DNA of 64,000 nucleotides from Leucoraja erinacea. Lineage: Eukaryota. The DNA is taken from assembly GCF_028641065.1 (NCBI RefSeq), contig NC_073390.1, positions 9,796,001 to 9,860,000 on the forward strand, in the 5' to 3' direction. Below, one piece after another: positions 52,301 through 61,299 of this stretch (position 1 is the first letter of the stretch; each line of letters begins with the position of its first letter). Made by a program: the position numbers and the translations under genes. The notes beneath the pieces were generated by a model, which saw nothing but the letters and a program-made list of their open reading frames with translations, did not search any database and was not told the DNA's origin.

Positions 52301-55300
52301 ATTACATAAATGTTATGGTTGTGTGTTATTGACTGTCTTTCACTCATAGAGTCAATCAAATGCAGTGATACGCCAGAATTGAATCTACGGCCTGAAATCA
52401 CAGAAGCTTTAAAACCTTCACGTAGTCACTCATGTGACTCCGAAGTAAAATAGTAAGATTAAACGAGAACTTACCAGTTTGAAGTTTGATCTTTATTTTA
52501 TGAGGAGTTACGTTGAGGGACTACGTGCCCTCCACTCCCACCCTAATCAAGATCAAAGGTAAGTTAAGTTGGTATCACGTAGCTTACTATTATCCTTCGG
52601 TATCTATCATCTGTGATTTCACACCGCTGCTTTGAAGATTGACGTATGTGCGCCTGGACGGGCCTTCTTCACGTAGTCTCTCACGTAACTCCTCATAAAA
52701 TAAAGAGCAAACTTCAAACTGGTAAGTTCTCACTTAATCTTACTATTAAAAAGCAGGACTCTGAGGTTTAGTAATCTCTGGATTACTCCCGGTGCCACAT
52801 GCTACTCTGTCATTACAGAATGATTTAAACCAATTTTATAGTTTGAAAACAGTTATCGCAAGACAGCCTTGAATTTGTTTCTAAAACTCGGCAATTTCAT
52901 AATTTTTACAATTCCAAAAAGTGGAGGACATTAGGAAACCAGAACAAATATTTGAATGAGGTCTGTGAACTATCTGGTTGCATCATGTAACTGGATATCA
53001 GAAAAAAAACATTGTTATCTGTCTGTCCACATGAAGCGTAAATCAGGACAGCAGCGGTAACACATGATAAGAATAGGAAAATAGAACAGATGATTGCGTG
53101 GCGCAGGAGTTGGTGCAAGGGCAGGGATTCAGATTTTTAGACCATTGGGATCTCTTCTCGAGCAGAGATGACCTGTACAAGAGGGACGGACGGGTTGCAT
53201 CTGAACTGGAGGGAGACCAATACCTTACAAGTGTTACGAGGGTTTAAACTAGAAAGGGAGGAGAATGGGAAACAGAGTAGTAGGTCAGAAATTGGTAGAG
53301 TGATGGGAAGATAGAGGTTAGGATCTGTCAGCCTGAAAGGGAGGACAGGCAGAGAGAGGTGAAGGAATATGGTGAAGGTAATGGGCAGAAGTATGCTTAT
53401 TTCAATGCAAAGGTATTGTTTTGCAGATGAACTTGGAGCCTGGATCAGTGCTTGGGATTCTGATGTTGTGGCCACTGCAGAAACGTGGTTGTGAGAGTGG
53501 CCTCAAAGCCCTCCGGTTCTTCCTCGACCAGAGGAGCAACCTGTAGCCAGCCAATGACACTCTCCTCCGCCTAGCGGAGTTGGTCCTCACCCTCAACAAC
53601 TTTACGTTTGACTCCTCCCATTTCCTCCAAACACAAGGCGTAGCTATGGGCACACGCATGGGCCCCAGCTACGCCTGCCTCTTTGTCGGGTACGTCGAAC
53701 AATCCTTGTTCAATACGTACCAGGGCCCCATCCCCGACCTTCGTTACATTGACGACTGCTTTGGGGCCACCTCCTACACCCACACACAGCTGACTGACTT
53801 CATCCACTTCACCACCAACTTCCATCCGGCACTCCAATACACCTGGACCATTTCCGACACTTCCCTACCATTCCTTGACCTCACCATCTCCATCGCAGGG
53901 GACAGACTTCTGACCAACATACACTACAAACCAACTGACTCACATGGCTATCTGGACTACACGTCTTCCCACCCTGCCCCCTGTAAAGACTCCATCCCCT
54001 ACTCCCAATTCCTCTGCCTACGCCACATCTGTTCCCAGGATGAGACGTTCCACACCAGGGCATCGGAAATGTCCTCGCTCTTCAGGGAACGGGGATTCCC
54101 CTCCTCCACCATACATGAGGCTCACACCAGGGTCTCTTCCATACCCCGCAACACTGCTCTCTCTCCCCATCCCCGCACTCGCAACAAGGGCAAAGTCCCC
54201 CTAGTCCTCACCTTTCACCCCACCAGCCGGAAAATACAACAAATAATCCTCCGCCATTTCCGCCACCTCCAACGTGACCCCACCACTCGCCACATCTTCC
54301 CATCTCCCCCCATGTCTGCCTTCCGCAAAGACCGCTCCCTCCACAACTCCCTTGTCAATTCTTCCCTTCCCTCCACTCAGTCTGCAATAACCGACCTGAA
54401 CTCCCGGTGGCTCAGCACTTCAACTCCCCCTCCCATTCCCAATCCGACCTCTCTGTCCTGGGTCTCCTCCATCGCCAGAGTGAGCAACACCGGAAATTGG
54501 AGGAACAGCACCTCATATTCCACCTGGGTTGCTTGCGTCCGGATGGCATGAACATTGAATTCTCCCAATTTTGCTACCCCTTGCTGTCTCCTCCCCTTCC
54601 TTAACCCTCGAGCTGTCTCCTCCCATCCCCCCGCCCTCGGGCTCCTCCTCCACCCTTTTTCCTTCCTTCTCCCCCCCCCCACCCCCCATCAGTCTGAAGA
54701 AGGGTTTCGGCCCGAAATGTCAACCATTTCCTTCGCTCCATAGATGCTGCTGCACCCGCTGAGTTTCTCCAGTATTTTTATGTACATTGTGAGAGGGACA
54801 TGACTGGCAGTTCAGTGTTCCGGCATTTAAATGTTTAAGACATGATGGAGAGGGAAGGAAAATAGGTGGAGGAGTTGCGCTATTAATCAGGGAGACTGTC
54901 ACAACTGTATTCAGAGGGGACATACTTGAGGGTTCATCCACTGAGGTGATATGGGTAGAACTTAAAAATGAGAAAAGTGCAAGCACTCTAATGGAATCGC
55001 GCTATGTCCCCCATTAGCAAGAAAGGGATAAAGGATAAGATATGTGGATAGATTACCAAACAAATGTCAAAGCACATTGCACCAAAGATTCGGGTTCGAT
55101 CCTGACTGTATTCTTGCTGTCTGTATGAAGTTTGCACGATTTTGCTGAGACCACGTGGATTTCCTCTGGGTGCTCTGGTTTCCTCCCACATACCAAAGAT
55201 ATGTCGGTTCGTGGGTTGATTGGCCTCTGTAAATTACCCCTTGTGTAGGGAGTGGATGCGGAAGTGGAATAACATGGAGCTAGTGTGAACGGGTAATCGA

Positions 55301-58300
55301 TGGTCGGTGTGGACTTGGAGAGCTGCAAATTATAAGTAGTGAGTGCAGCGCAGTAGTATAGTTGCTGCCTTACAGCACCAGAAACCCAGGTTCGATTCTG
55401 ACTATGGGTGCTGTCTCAACAGAGTTTGTACGTTCTCCCTGTGACCACGTGGGTTTCCTCCCACATTCCAAAGACGTACAGGTTTGTAGGTTAATTGGCC
55501 TCTGTAAATTGACCCAAGTGTGTAGCAGACAAAACTGGGATAACATAGAACTAGTTTATGGGTGATTGTTGGTCAGCGCAGACTCGATGGGCCAAAAAGT
55601 CTGTTTCCATGCTGTATCTCTAAACTAAACTATTCATGATTGTCTTCGGAGGTGACTTTAACTTGCACAATATTGACTGGAACCTGCTTAGTGCCAAAGG
55701 CTTTGTAGACTGGGCAGAATTTCTGTGGTGTTTCCAAAAGGGTTTCCAGAAATAATTTGTGGATAGTCCAACCCGAGAGTGGAATATACTCAACCTTGTG
55801 TGCAGGAAGGAACTGCAGTTGCTGGTTTACACTGAAGACAGACACAAAAAATTGGAGTAACTCAGGGGAGCAGACAGCATCGCTGGAGAAAAGTAATAGG
55901 TGACATTTCGGCTCTGAAGAAGGATGGTGATCCGAACCATCACCTATTCTTTTTCTCCAGAGATGCTGTCTGTCCCGGAGAGTTACTATAACATTTTGTA
56001 TCTGTATTGGACCTTGAGTTGGGTAATGAGCTTGGCCAGGAGACTGATGTTACAGTGAAAGAGCATTTTGGGGATAGCGATCACAACCCAAAAGTTTTAG
56101 GATCATTTTGAATAGAGAGAAGGCTGTGGGAAAGTATTACAATGTTGTTAGGCAGGAGATCAGGAGGATACATGAGGAGTAGTTGTTACTTGGCAATTCC
56201 ACATCTGATACATGTGAGGGTCATTTGAAGGCCAATTGATCGAATTTCAGGACTGGCATGTTCCAGTAAGGAGGAGGGGATAGGGTGGGATAAGTAAGGA
56301 GACCTGGGATGACCAAAGAGGTTATTAAATTTGGTCAAAAGAAAAAAGAAGTACAGGCAAGGTTTAAGAGGATGGGGGGCTTTTAGGAATATAGAGAAAA
56401 GAGGAAAGAACTGAAGCAGGCAATTAGAAGTGTCAAAAGGGGGCACAAAATGGATTTGGTGAGTCGGATTTAAAAAAATCCCAAATCTTTTCATACTTAC
56501 ATTAAAAACAAGAGGGCAACGAGGTAGAACATAGGACCACTCATAGATAAAGGAGAGAATTTGTACTTGGTGTCAGGGGATGTAGGCGAGGTGCTAAACA
56601 AGTACTTAGCATGTGTTTTCACCGAGGAGGACATGGAGGACAGTGTGATTAGTGTGGAGTACACTAATATGTAAGGGCAATTTGAGATTAAGGAGAAGGA
56701 TGTTTTTGGGGCTCTTGAAGAGCATTAAGGTGGATATATCCCCAGGAAGTGAAGGGACCTATCCCAGGTAAATGAGAGACGAGAGAGGAGATTGCATGAG
56801 CCTTGGCAAACATCTTTGCGTTTTCTCTAGACACAAGCAAGAATGGAGAGTAGCTAACGTTCTTTCTTTTTTTCAGAAGGGAAGTAAATACAATCCAGGG
56901 AATTATAGGCCAGTGCGCATCACATCAGTGTTATGGAAGCTGTTGAACAGGATTATTTGGGATAGGGTTTACTCCTATGGATAAGGGAAATGGTCTATTT
57001 ATTAGCGTGGCTTTCTGTACAGCAGGTCATATCTTACTAACATGATTGAGTATTTTGAGGAGGTGATGAAGGTGATCGATGAGGGTAGTATTCAGTATTC
57101 AGTATTCAGTATTTATTTAATATCATTTTCACTGAGTACTTGCATACACAGAGGAAACGAAAAAACGTTACTCGATCAGTTTCCATTCAGTGTAGTTAAT
57201 TTTTTTTTAAAAAAGGATAAATACAAAGGGCTTTAAAAACAAATTAAAATTACCATGTCTAAAAACAAAAAAATAGGCCTAAAATTTACAATAGAATAAA
57301 AACAGACATTCCGACCAAAAGTGGCTTTACTTTGACAGGTGCCTAGACAGGTACCTAGTGCCAAAGTATGGACGAGGTTGAATGTGTTTGTGAACAATAT
57401 TTGGGGAGGGGACAAAGTCCATTCATCAGTCTTATTGCCTGTGGGAAGAAGCTGTGGAGCATCCTGCTGGTTTTGCAGCTGATGCTCCTGTAGCTCTTCC
57501 CAGATGGCAGAATAGAGAAGATGTGGTGTGATGGATGATAGGGGTCCTGGATGATGGAGATGGCTCTACTGATGCTCCGTTTCTTGTATATCTCCAACAG
57601 GAAAGGGAGTGGGGCACCAATGATCCTGCTGGCTGTCTTCACTATCCTGTGGAGTTGATATTGTTCGTGAGCCTTGCAGCTCCCACACCAGGAAGTGATG
57701 CCGTAGGTCAGTATGCTTTCAATGGTGCCCCTGTAGAAGGTCCTTAGATGAGCAGTAGGGAGACCTGCTTTCCTTAGTCTCCGGAGGGGGTGGAGCCGCT
57801 GCTGAGCTCTTTTGATCACTGCTGTGGTGTTGGTCGTAGACAGCAGCTCCATCAATATGCAGCGGAGTGTGATGTTGTTTTCCAACCCTCCTGAAATCAC
57901 TCACCATTCCCTTCGTTTTTTCCACATTGAGAGTGAGGTTGTGAGATCTGCGGCATAGGTATTCTTGCGATCGAGATGCAATAGTGCGAGGTTGAGTGTT
58001 GTAGAGACTGCGTCCTCTGTGGACCGGTTGGCTCTGTAAGCGAACTGCAGTGGGTCCAGGTCGGCAGGGAGACAGTTTTTAATGCTCTGCATAATGTGCC
58101 GCTCAAAACACTTCATTAGTATGGGTGTGAGAGCCACTGGACGAAAGTCATTGAGACAGGCTGGGTTGGGCTTCTTCGGGACAGGAACGATGGTGGCACT
58201 TTTAAGACAGTTGGGCACTACTGCGTGGCTGAGTGAGACGTTAAAAATGTCTGTAAAGACATCTTTTAGTTGCTCGCACAATCTCTTAAAACGCATCCAG

Positions 58301-61008
58301 GGATGTTATCCGGCCCTGCAGCTTTGCGTGGATTGATGCTGGCAAAGGCCTTTTTAACTCCGGCTGTGGACAGCCTGAGTGACTGGTCGCTGGGTGTTGG
58401 CAGGAGTGCTTGTATCTGGGTGGTATTTTTAACCTCAAACTGTGCGTAAAACTCGTTCAGTTCATCTGGTAGAGAGGGGTCGTTTTGGCATATCCACAGC
58501 GGGAATATATAGTCAGTGATGGTATGAAATCCCTGCCACAAGCGACGTGTGGCTTTGTCATTTGTGAAGTGGCTATTAAGTTTTTGTACATACCGCCTCT
58601 TCGCTTCCCTGATCCCCCGGGATAGGTTACTCCATGCCAGTTTGTATGCTGCGTTGTCCCCAGATTTGAATGCAGCATTCCGGACTCTCAGTAGAGAACA
58701 AACTTCCCCAGTTAGCCAAGGTTTCTGATTGGCACGCCTCTTGACGGTTTTAACCACAGTCACATCATCAATGGATTTATTAATGTATGCGATGACAGAC
58801 TCTGTATATTCTTGGAGGTCAATGCCACTGTCACATGTTGCTGCCTCTCTGAAAATGGTCCACTGTGTGGTTTCAAAACAGTCTTGCAGTGCTGTGGTAG
58901 CTCCCTGTGGCCATATTCTGACTTCTTTGACCATTGGCCTGTCCTGGTTCACCCAAGGTCTGTATACAGGTGTGAGCATAACCGCCAGATGGTCAGAGTT
59001 GCTGATGTGGGGGAGGGGGTCTGCTCTATATGAATCCTTGATGTTTGTGTACACCAGGTCTAGTGTGTTCTTTCCTCTGGTTGCAATATTCACATGCTGG
59101 TAGAATTTAGGCAGAACAGATGTTAGACTTGCCTTGTTGAAATCTCCAGCTGCCATGAAGAAAGCCTCGGGATGTTCCCTCTGCTGCTCACTGATGTTGT
59201 TGTAGAGCTCTGTCATAGCATCCTTCACGTCCACTCTCGGTGGTACATAGGCGGCCGTTATGAAGACTGCCGTTAGCTCCCTCGGTAAGTAGAAGAGTCG
59301 GAATTTCACAATCATTAGCTGTACGTGGGGTGAGCAGTAAGTGGGAACCACCACGGCATTCCGGCACCACGATCTGTTAACGTACACAGCCAGGCCGCCT
59401 CCCCTTGACTTACCAGCTAGCGAAGCTAGGGTGGTGGATGTCATCTACATGAATTTAGGTAACGCCTTGTATAAAGTATCCTATGGTAGGCTTATCCAGA
59501 AGATTAAGATGCATGAGATTAGTAGCTTGGTCATAGTGATTCATGACTTGCTTACTGATAGAAGACAGAATGCTGTGGCGGAAGGGCAATATTCAGATTG
59601 GAGGTCTATTGCCAGCAGAGTCCCACAGGAATAGGTGCTAGGACCTCTGCTGTTTGTGGTATGTATAAATTACTTGACATAAATGTAGACGTTGGTAAGT
59701 ACACAGATGACACCAAGATTGCTGAGGTCACCGACTGTGCAGAAGGATGCCGAAGTATACAGCGGGATATAGATTTACTACAGAAATGGGTGAACAAATG
59801 GCAGGTGGAGTTTAATCCAAGCAAGTGTGAGGTGTGGCACTTTGATAAGTTGAATATAAGGGTAAAATATACTATTAATTGGAGGACCGTTAACAGCCTT
59901 GATATACAGAGGAATCCTAGTGTCCAAGTCCAGAGCTCCCTCAAAGTAGCAACACAAGTAGATAGTGGTGAAAAATGCATACAATATGCTTGCCTTCATA
60001 GATAAGACATTGTGTATAAGAGTCAGGATGCCATGATGCAGTTTCATAGACTTTGGCTAGGCCACATTTGGAATATTGCATGCAATTCTGGTTACCCCAT
60101 TACAGGAAGGGTCTGGAAGCTTTGGAAGTTGACTAGAATGATGCCTGGATTAGGCTGTATTGGCTCCAGGGAGAGGTTGGACTGATTTGCATTGTTTACT
60201 CTGAAAAAATGGCGGATGCGGGGAAACCTGATTAAAGTATATAATATTATGAGACAGAATCTTTTTTCACAGGACTGAAGAATCAAATGCAAAAGAGTAT
60301 GCGCATGGCAAGTTTTTTTTTTACACAGAGATTGGTGAGTGCTTGGGACGCACTGCCAGGAGTGGTGGTAGAGGCAGATACGATTGTGTCATTTCAGAGA
60401 CTTTTGGATACACATAAGCATTTGCAGAGAATGGTGAATATGCACCATGTGTTTTTTTTACAAGAGATTTTGTGAGTGCTTGGGACGCACTCGCCAGCAG
60501 TGGTGGTAGAGGCGCATATCGATTGTGTCAATTTCAGAGACTTTCGGATACACATAAGGCATTTGCAGAGAATGGGAAATTATGCATATGCAAAGGCAGC
60601 AGATAAGAGACGGCACTATGTTCAGCAAAGACATTGTGGATTGAAGGGTCTGTTCCTGTTTTGAACTGTACTATGTTCTATTTATATCATTCTTTGTTTG
60701 TAGAACCTATAACATGGAAACTGCTTGTCAACGTGGAATGGAAGAGCAAAATCAAAAGCTAAGAGCTTTAAATTCAATTTAAATTCAATTTAATAAGGCT
60801 CCACATTTCCCATCTTGCCAGCGCTCGCTTGCACAATCCCTGCAAGAATGGAAACTAATATTCAGACTGATGATTCTGTCAGAACACCACATTTTTCACA
60901 TTCAACTTCTTGGGCACATGGGTTAACAGAGAACAAGTAGGACACGTACCTTGAGCCAGACTTATTGAATGCAACATTTGTCAGTGGCAGTATGTGCGCC
61001 CGAAGTAC
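3315..61008 (-). CDS. DAW1: DAW1 (WDR69/ODA16) dynein assembly factor with WD repeats 1; spliced gene, 10 coding exons in window, 5' exons outside
   Basis: Exons of 59, 123, 100, 108, 107, 103, 115, 77, 163 and 35 bp splice in frame via GT-AG sites into a WD40 protein (GH..W-D repeats) that matches my recollection of vertebrate DAW1, ending [11 protein letters not shown]. Confidence 0.96.
3854..4016 (-). CDS. DAW1: DAW1 exon ([54 protein letters not shown])
   Basis: 163 bp; acceptor tgtcag, donor gtacag. Confidence 0.95.
5853..6166 (-). mobile_element. tRNA-derived SINE (V-SINE/HE1-like)
   Basis: B-box-like GGTTCGATCCC and conserved core on the minus strand; CTAAA-type tail. Confidence 0.8.
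7077..7665 (+). mobile_element. GC-rich non-autonomous retroelement fragment
   Basis: CpG-rich stretch ending GGGGATGAATAAAGTTT(ATCAT)n, a LINE-like tail. Confidence 0.5.
8400..10578 (+). mobile_element. Rex1/Babar LINE, 5'-truncated, inserted in a CR1
   Basis: [40 protein letters not shown] and GAPQG motifs; AATAAA followed by a (CTTA)-like tail; frameshifts present. Confidence 0.9.
10908..11856 (-). mobile_element. Non-autonomous GC-rich retroelement (SINE-like) with an internal tandem array, copy 1
   Basis: Shares both ends with 49810-50514; 3' hairpin TTCAGACC-TTTC-GGTCTGAA plus AATAAA; interrupts a CR1. Confidence 0.75.
12315..12391 (-). CDS. DAW1: DAW1 exon ([26 protein letters not shown])
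   Basis: 77 bp; acceptor ttcaag, donor gtaggt. Confidence 0.94.
15540..15760 (+). repeat. Purine-rich (GA) low-complexity tract
   Basis: Nearly pure G/A run. Confidence 0.85.
15880..16150 (-). mobile_element. CR1 fragment
   Basis: ORF 15820..16134 contains [15 protein letters not shown]. Confidence 0.85.
17208..17322 (-). CDS. DAW1: DAW1 exon ([38 protein letters not shown])
   Basis: 115 bp; acceptor ttccag, donor gtaggt. Confidence 0.95.
17822..18858 (+). mobile_element. Non-autonomous DNA transposon, TAG...CTA termini, 7-bp TSD (copy A)
   Basis: Imperfect TIRs TAGGTATGTT / AACATTGCTA; TSD GTAGATG / GTAAATG; highly similar to 32698-33736. Confidence 0.85.
19560..19662 (-). CDS. DAW1: DAW1 exon ([34 protein letters not shown])
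   Basis: 103 bp; acceptor tgttag, donor gtaggt; visible in ORF 19335..19658. Confidence 0.95.
19834..21084 (+). mobile_element. Tc1/mariner element, internally deleted
   Basis: TA TSD; ~200-bp TIRs starting CAGTGCATTGAGAAAGTATTCAGAC with an internal direct repeat; transposase remnant FQQDND and [15 protein letters not shown] (ORF 20480..20809). Confidence 0.93.
22395..22501 (-). CDS. DAW1: DAW1 exon ([35 protein letters not shown])
   Basis: 107 bp; acceptor tttcag, donor gttcgt; visible in ORF 22322..22540. Confidence 0.95.
23330..23705. mobile_element. tRNA-derived SINE pieces in opposite orientations
   Basis: Plus piece ~23330-23450 and minus piece ~23460-23705 of the same family. Confidence 0.7.
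24687..25640. mobile_element. Foldback/MITE-like element with long modular inverted arms
   Basis: Arms 24687-24982 and 25416-25640 are reverse complements built from repeated GCCAAATAACCGAA-like units; the centre holds an N gap and a Penelope-end derivative. Confidence 0.65.
24983..25134. other. Assembly gap (152 N)
   Basis: N run. Confidence 0.99.
26813..26920 (-). CDS. DAW1: DAW1 exon ([36 protein letters not shown])
   Basis: 108 bp; acceptor ttctag, donor gtatgt. Confidence 0.95.
27290..27820 (+). mobile_element. L1/Tx1-like 3' fragment
   Basis: Cys/His-containing C-terminal-like segment followed by AATAAAGTCTATTTT and an A-tract. Confidence 0.5.
28876..29095. repeat. Palindromic Penelope-end derivative with back-to-back hammerhead-like cores. 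Similar palindromes at ~1184-1386, 4238-4392, 13955-14160, 25135-25328 and 55798-56005; single arms at ~7890, 13790, 21370, 29440, 43700 and 63190
   Basis: Arms match the 3' end of the Penelope copies (54690-54786); centre reads CTTCATCAG|T|CTGAAGAAG. Confidence 0.8.
29664..30470 (+). mobile_element. 5' fragment of a second DIRS family (left terminus plus start of gag)
   Basis: TTTTACTTCGGAGTCACGTGAGTGACTACGTGAAG terminus. [15 protein letters not shown] resembles [15 protein letters not shown] in the gag of the full element. Fused to a CR1 at ~30465. Confidence 0.82.
30465..30832 (+). mobile_element. CR1 RT fragment
   Basis: [19 protein letters not shown]; nearly identical to ~40840-41200. 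Confidence 0.88.
31150..31850. mobile_element. Two tRNA-derived SINEs head-to-head (minus ~31150-31470, plus ~31535-31850)
   Basis: Same SINE core in both orientations, with (CTAAA)n tails pointing outward. Confidence 0.78.
32307..34511 (+). mobile_element. Non-autonomous Helitron
   Basis: A|TC 5' end; GGGACCC-AAT-GGGTCCC hairpin at 34484-34500; CTAG|T 3' end; no TSD; C-rich interior. Confidence 0.8.
32698..33736 (+). mobile_element. Non-autonomous DNA transposon, TAG...CTA termini, 7-bp TSD (copy B, nested in a Helitron)
   Basis: TIRs TAGGTATGTTACAAAA / TTTTGTAACATTGCTA (14/16); perfect TSD CTGTGAG. Confidence 0.87.
34741..36333. mobile_element. Putative non-autonomous TIR element (TAG...CTA) containing a telomere-like tract and a Penelope fragment
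   Basis: TAGGCCGTGGGCCGAGGTG at 34741 is inverted to CACCTCGGCCCACGGTCTA ending at 36333 (18/19); no clear TSD. Confidence 0.6.
35000..35390. mobile_element. Rearranged Penelope 3' fragment (inverted plus forward pieces)
   Basis: [20 protein letters not shown] on the minus strand, followed by the forward 3' end (GMNIDFSNF and the CTGAAGAAGGG motif). Confidence 0.75.
36513..36612 (-). CDS. DAW1: DAW1 exon ([33 protein letters not shown])
   Basis: 100 bp; acceptor ttttag, donor gtaagt; visible in ORF 36504..36707. Confidence 0.96.
37430..40315 (+). mobile_element. L1-clade LINE ORF2 fragment, split by a Helitron
   Basis: [26 protein letters not shown] motifs; C-terminal [12 protein letters not shown] zinc-knuckle-like segment at 40097-40342. 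Confidence 0.88.
38360..39875 (+). mobile_element. Non-autonomous Helitron inserted in an L1
   Basis: A|TC 5' end; CAGACCC-AAC-GGGTCTG hairpin at 39847-39863; CTAG|T 3' end; removing it rejoins the L1 sequence (ttccaacaa|ttacaatt). Confidence 0.85.
40322..41815 (+). mobile_element. CR1 LINE 3' part, relatively young
   Basis: [33 protein letters not shown] and [12 protein letters not shown] motifs; (TTTCTATG)n tail. Confidence 0.93.
42030..45065 (-). mobile_element. Cluster of degenerate CR1 fragments (at least two nested copies)
   Basis: Minus-strand ORFs with [28 protein letters not shown] and NYR motifs. Confidence 0.82.
45254..45376 (-). CDS. DAW1: DAW1 exon ([42 protein letters not shown])
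   Basis: 123 bp; acceptor acttag, donor gtgaga; in frame with neighbouring exons. Confidence 0.95.
46937..47650 (+). pseudogene. DIRS gag-like ORF1, truncated by Penelope insertion
   Basis: Long open frame after the left ITR, with a PQNC..L.VP.LNSEIW segment; homologous to the second DIRS fragment at ~30370-30465. Confidence 0.75.
47651..48987 (-). mobile_element. Penelope-like element fragment (RT C-terminus plus GIY-YIG) with an inverted 5' segment, nested in DIRS
   Basis: ORF 47866..48804 contains [19 protein letters not shown] and [16 protein letters not shown]; ~48760-48987 is an inverted copy of part of the body. Confidence 0.9.
48988..51270 (+). pseudogene. DIRS pol remnant: RT, RNase H and N6-adenine methyltransferase-like domain (frameshifted, interrupted)
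   Basis: Motifs [72 protein letters not shown], and YAFPPF at ~51033-51050 in a shifted frame. Confidence 0.88.
49810..50514 (-). mobile_element. Same non-autonomous retroelement family, copy 2, inserted in the DIRS RNase H region
   Basis: (TTGAC)n tail; hairpin TTCAGACC-TTGC-GGTCTGAA; TGCT duplicated at the junctions; removing it restores [15 protein letters not shown]. Confidence 0.8.
51280..52259 (+). pseudogene. DIRS tyrosine recombinase remnant
   Basis: [13 protein letters not shown] and AGW...FYKYY catalytic-type motifs in ORFs 51446..51820 and 51780..52259, with one frameshift between them. Confidence 0.88.
53498..54786 (+). mobile_element. Penelope-like element, 5'-truncated and internally deleted, with 9-bp TSD
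   Basis: ORF 53580..54551 contains [14 protein letters not shown] and RYIDD; TTGTGAGAG is duplicated at 53489-53497 and 54787-54795. Confidence 0.9.
54691..54725 (+). ncRNA. Minimal type I hammerhead-ribozyme-like motif at the Penelope 3' end
   Basis: CUGAAGA, an extra A, stem GGGU-UUCG-GCCC, GAAA, then U-GUC; Penelope-like elements are known to carry such motifs; helix I is very short. Confidence 0.6.
55080..55630 (+). mobile_element. Two tandem tRNA-derived SINE copies
   Basis: GGGTTCGATCCTGAC and GGTTCGATTCTGAC boxes, shared core, (CTAAA)n tail. Confidence 0.78.
57089..59424 (-). mobile_element. Rex1/Babar LINE (endonuclease plus partial RT), inserted in a CR1
   Basis: ORFs 58266..59444 ([17 protein letters not shown]) and 57901..58296 ([20 protein letters not shown]); (ATACTGA)n tail at the left end. 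Confidence 0.9.
60950..61008 (-). CDS. DAW1: DAW1 exon ([19 protein letters not shown])
   Basis: 59 bp; acceptor atctag, donor gtacgt; ends phase 2. Confidence 0.93.
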
Positions 61009-61299
61009 CTAGATATGAAACAAAGAGAAATAATACTGAAAATGAGTTATACCCTTACAGGAAAGCTTATTTAATCAAATAAATTTTGAAGGAGGCTGAT
61101 TGACCACCATCAGAAAGATGGCATATTAAAAACTCTTATTTGCTAATTGGGATGGAGCATCTATGTTCTGACTTTTAACTACACCTTTGTGTGTAGTCCG
61201 AGTGTTTCCTATTGATAGAACGATCAATATTGTAACGGAACAGGTACTTTGCTCATCTTGCACCACTCTTAACATTGAGTGAAGGGTTAATGTTTAGAA

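Larger units (their letters stand above)
46514..52747 (+). mobile_element. DIRS1-type tyrosine-recombinase retrotransposon, both termini present, internally disrupted
   Basis: Left ITR 46514-46575 is inverted to 52640-52678. ICR 52416-52527 is complementary to both termini. Domain order is gag, RT (YLDD), RNase H, MT, YR. No TSD; inserted at an ATTT site in a CR1. Confidence 0.93.
46330..60670 (+). mobile_element. Old, near full-length CR1 LINE (ORF1 esterase-like region through 3' end), fragmented by many insertions
   Basis: PEVVVHV..NNIGRKR before the DIRS and a continuation after it; endonuclease and RT pieces at ~53400-57088 and ~59425-60670 are collinear across the insertions. Confidence 0.75.

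Noticed and set aside
55085-55400. tRNA genes (GGTTCGAT B-box motifs)
   Set aside because: These are SINE heads followed by the SINE core and tail; no cloverleaf could be formed.
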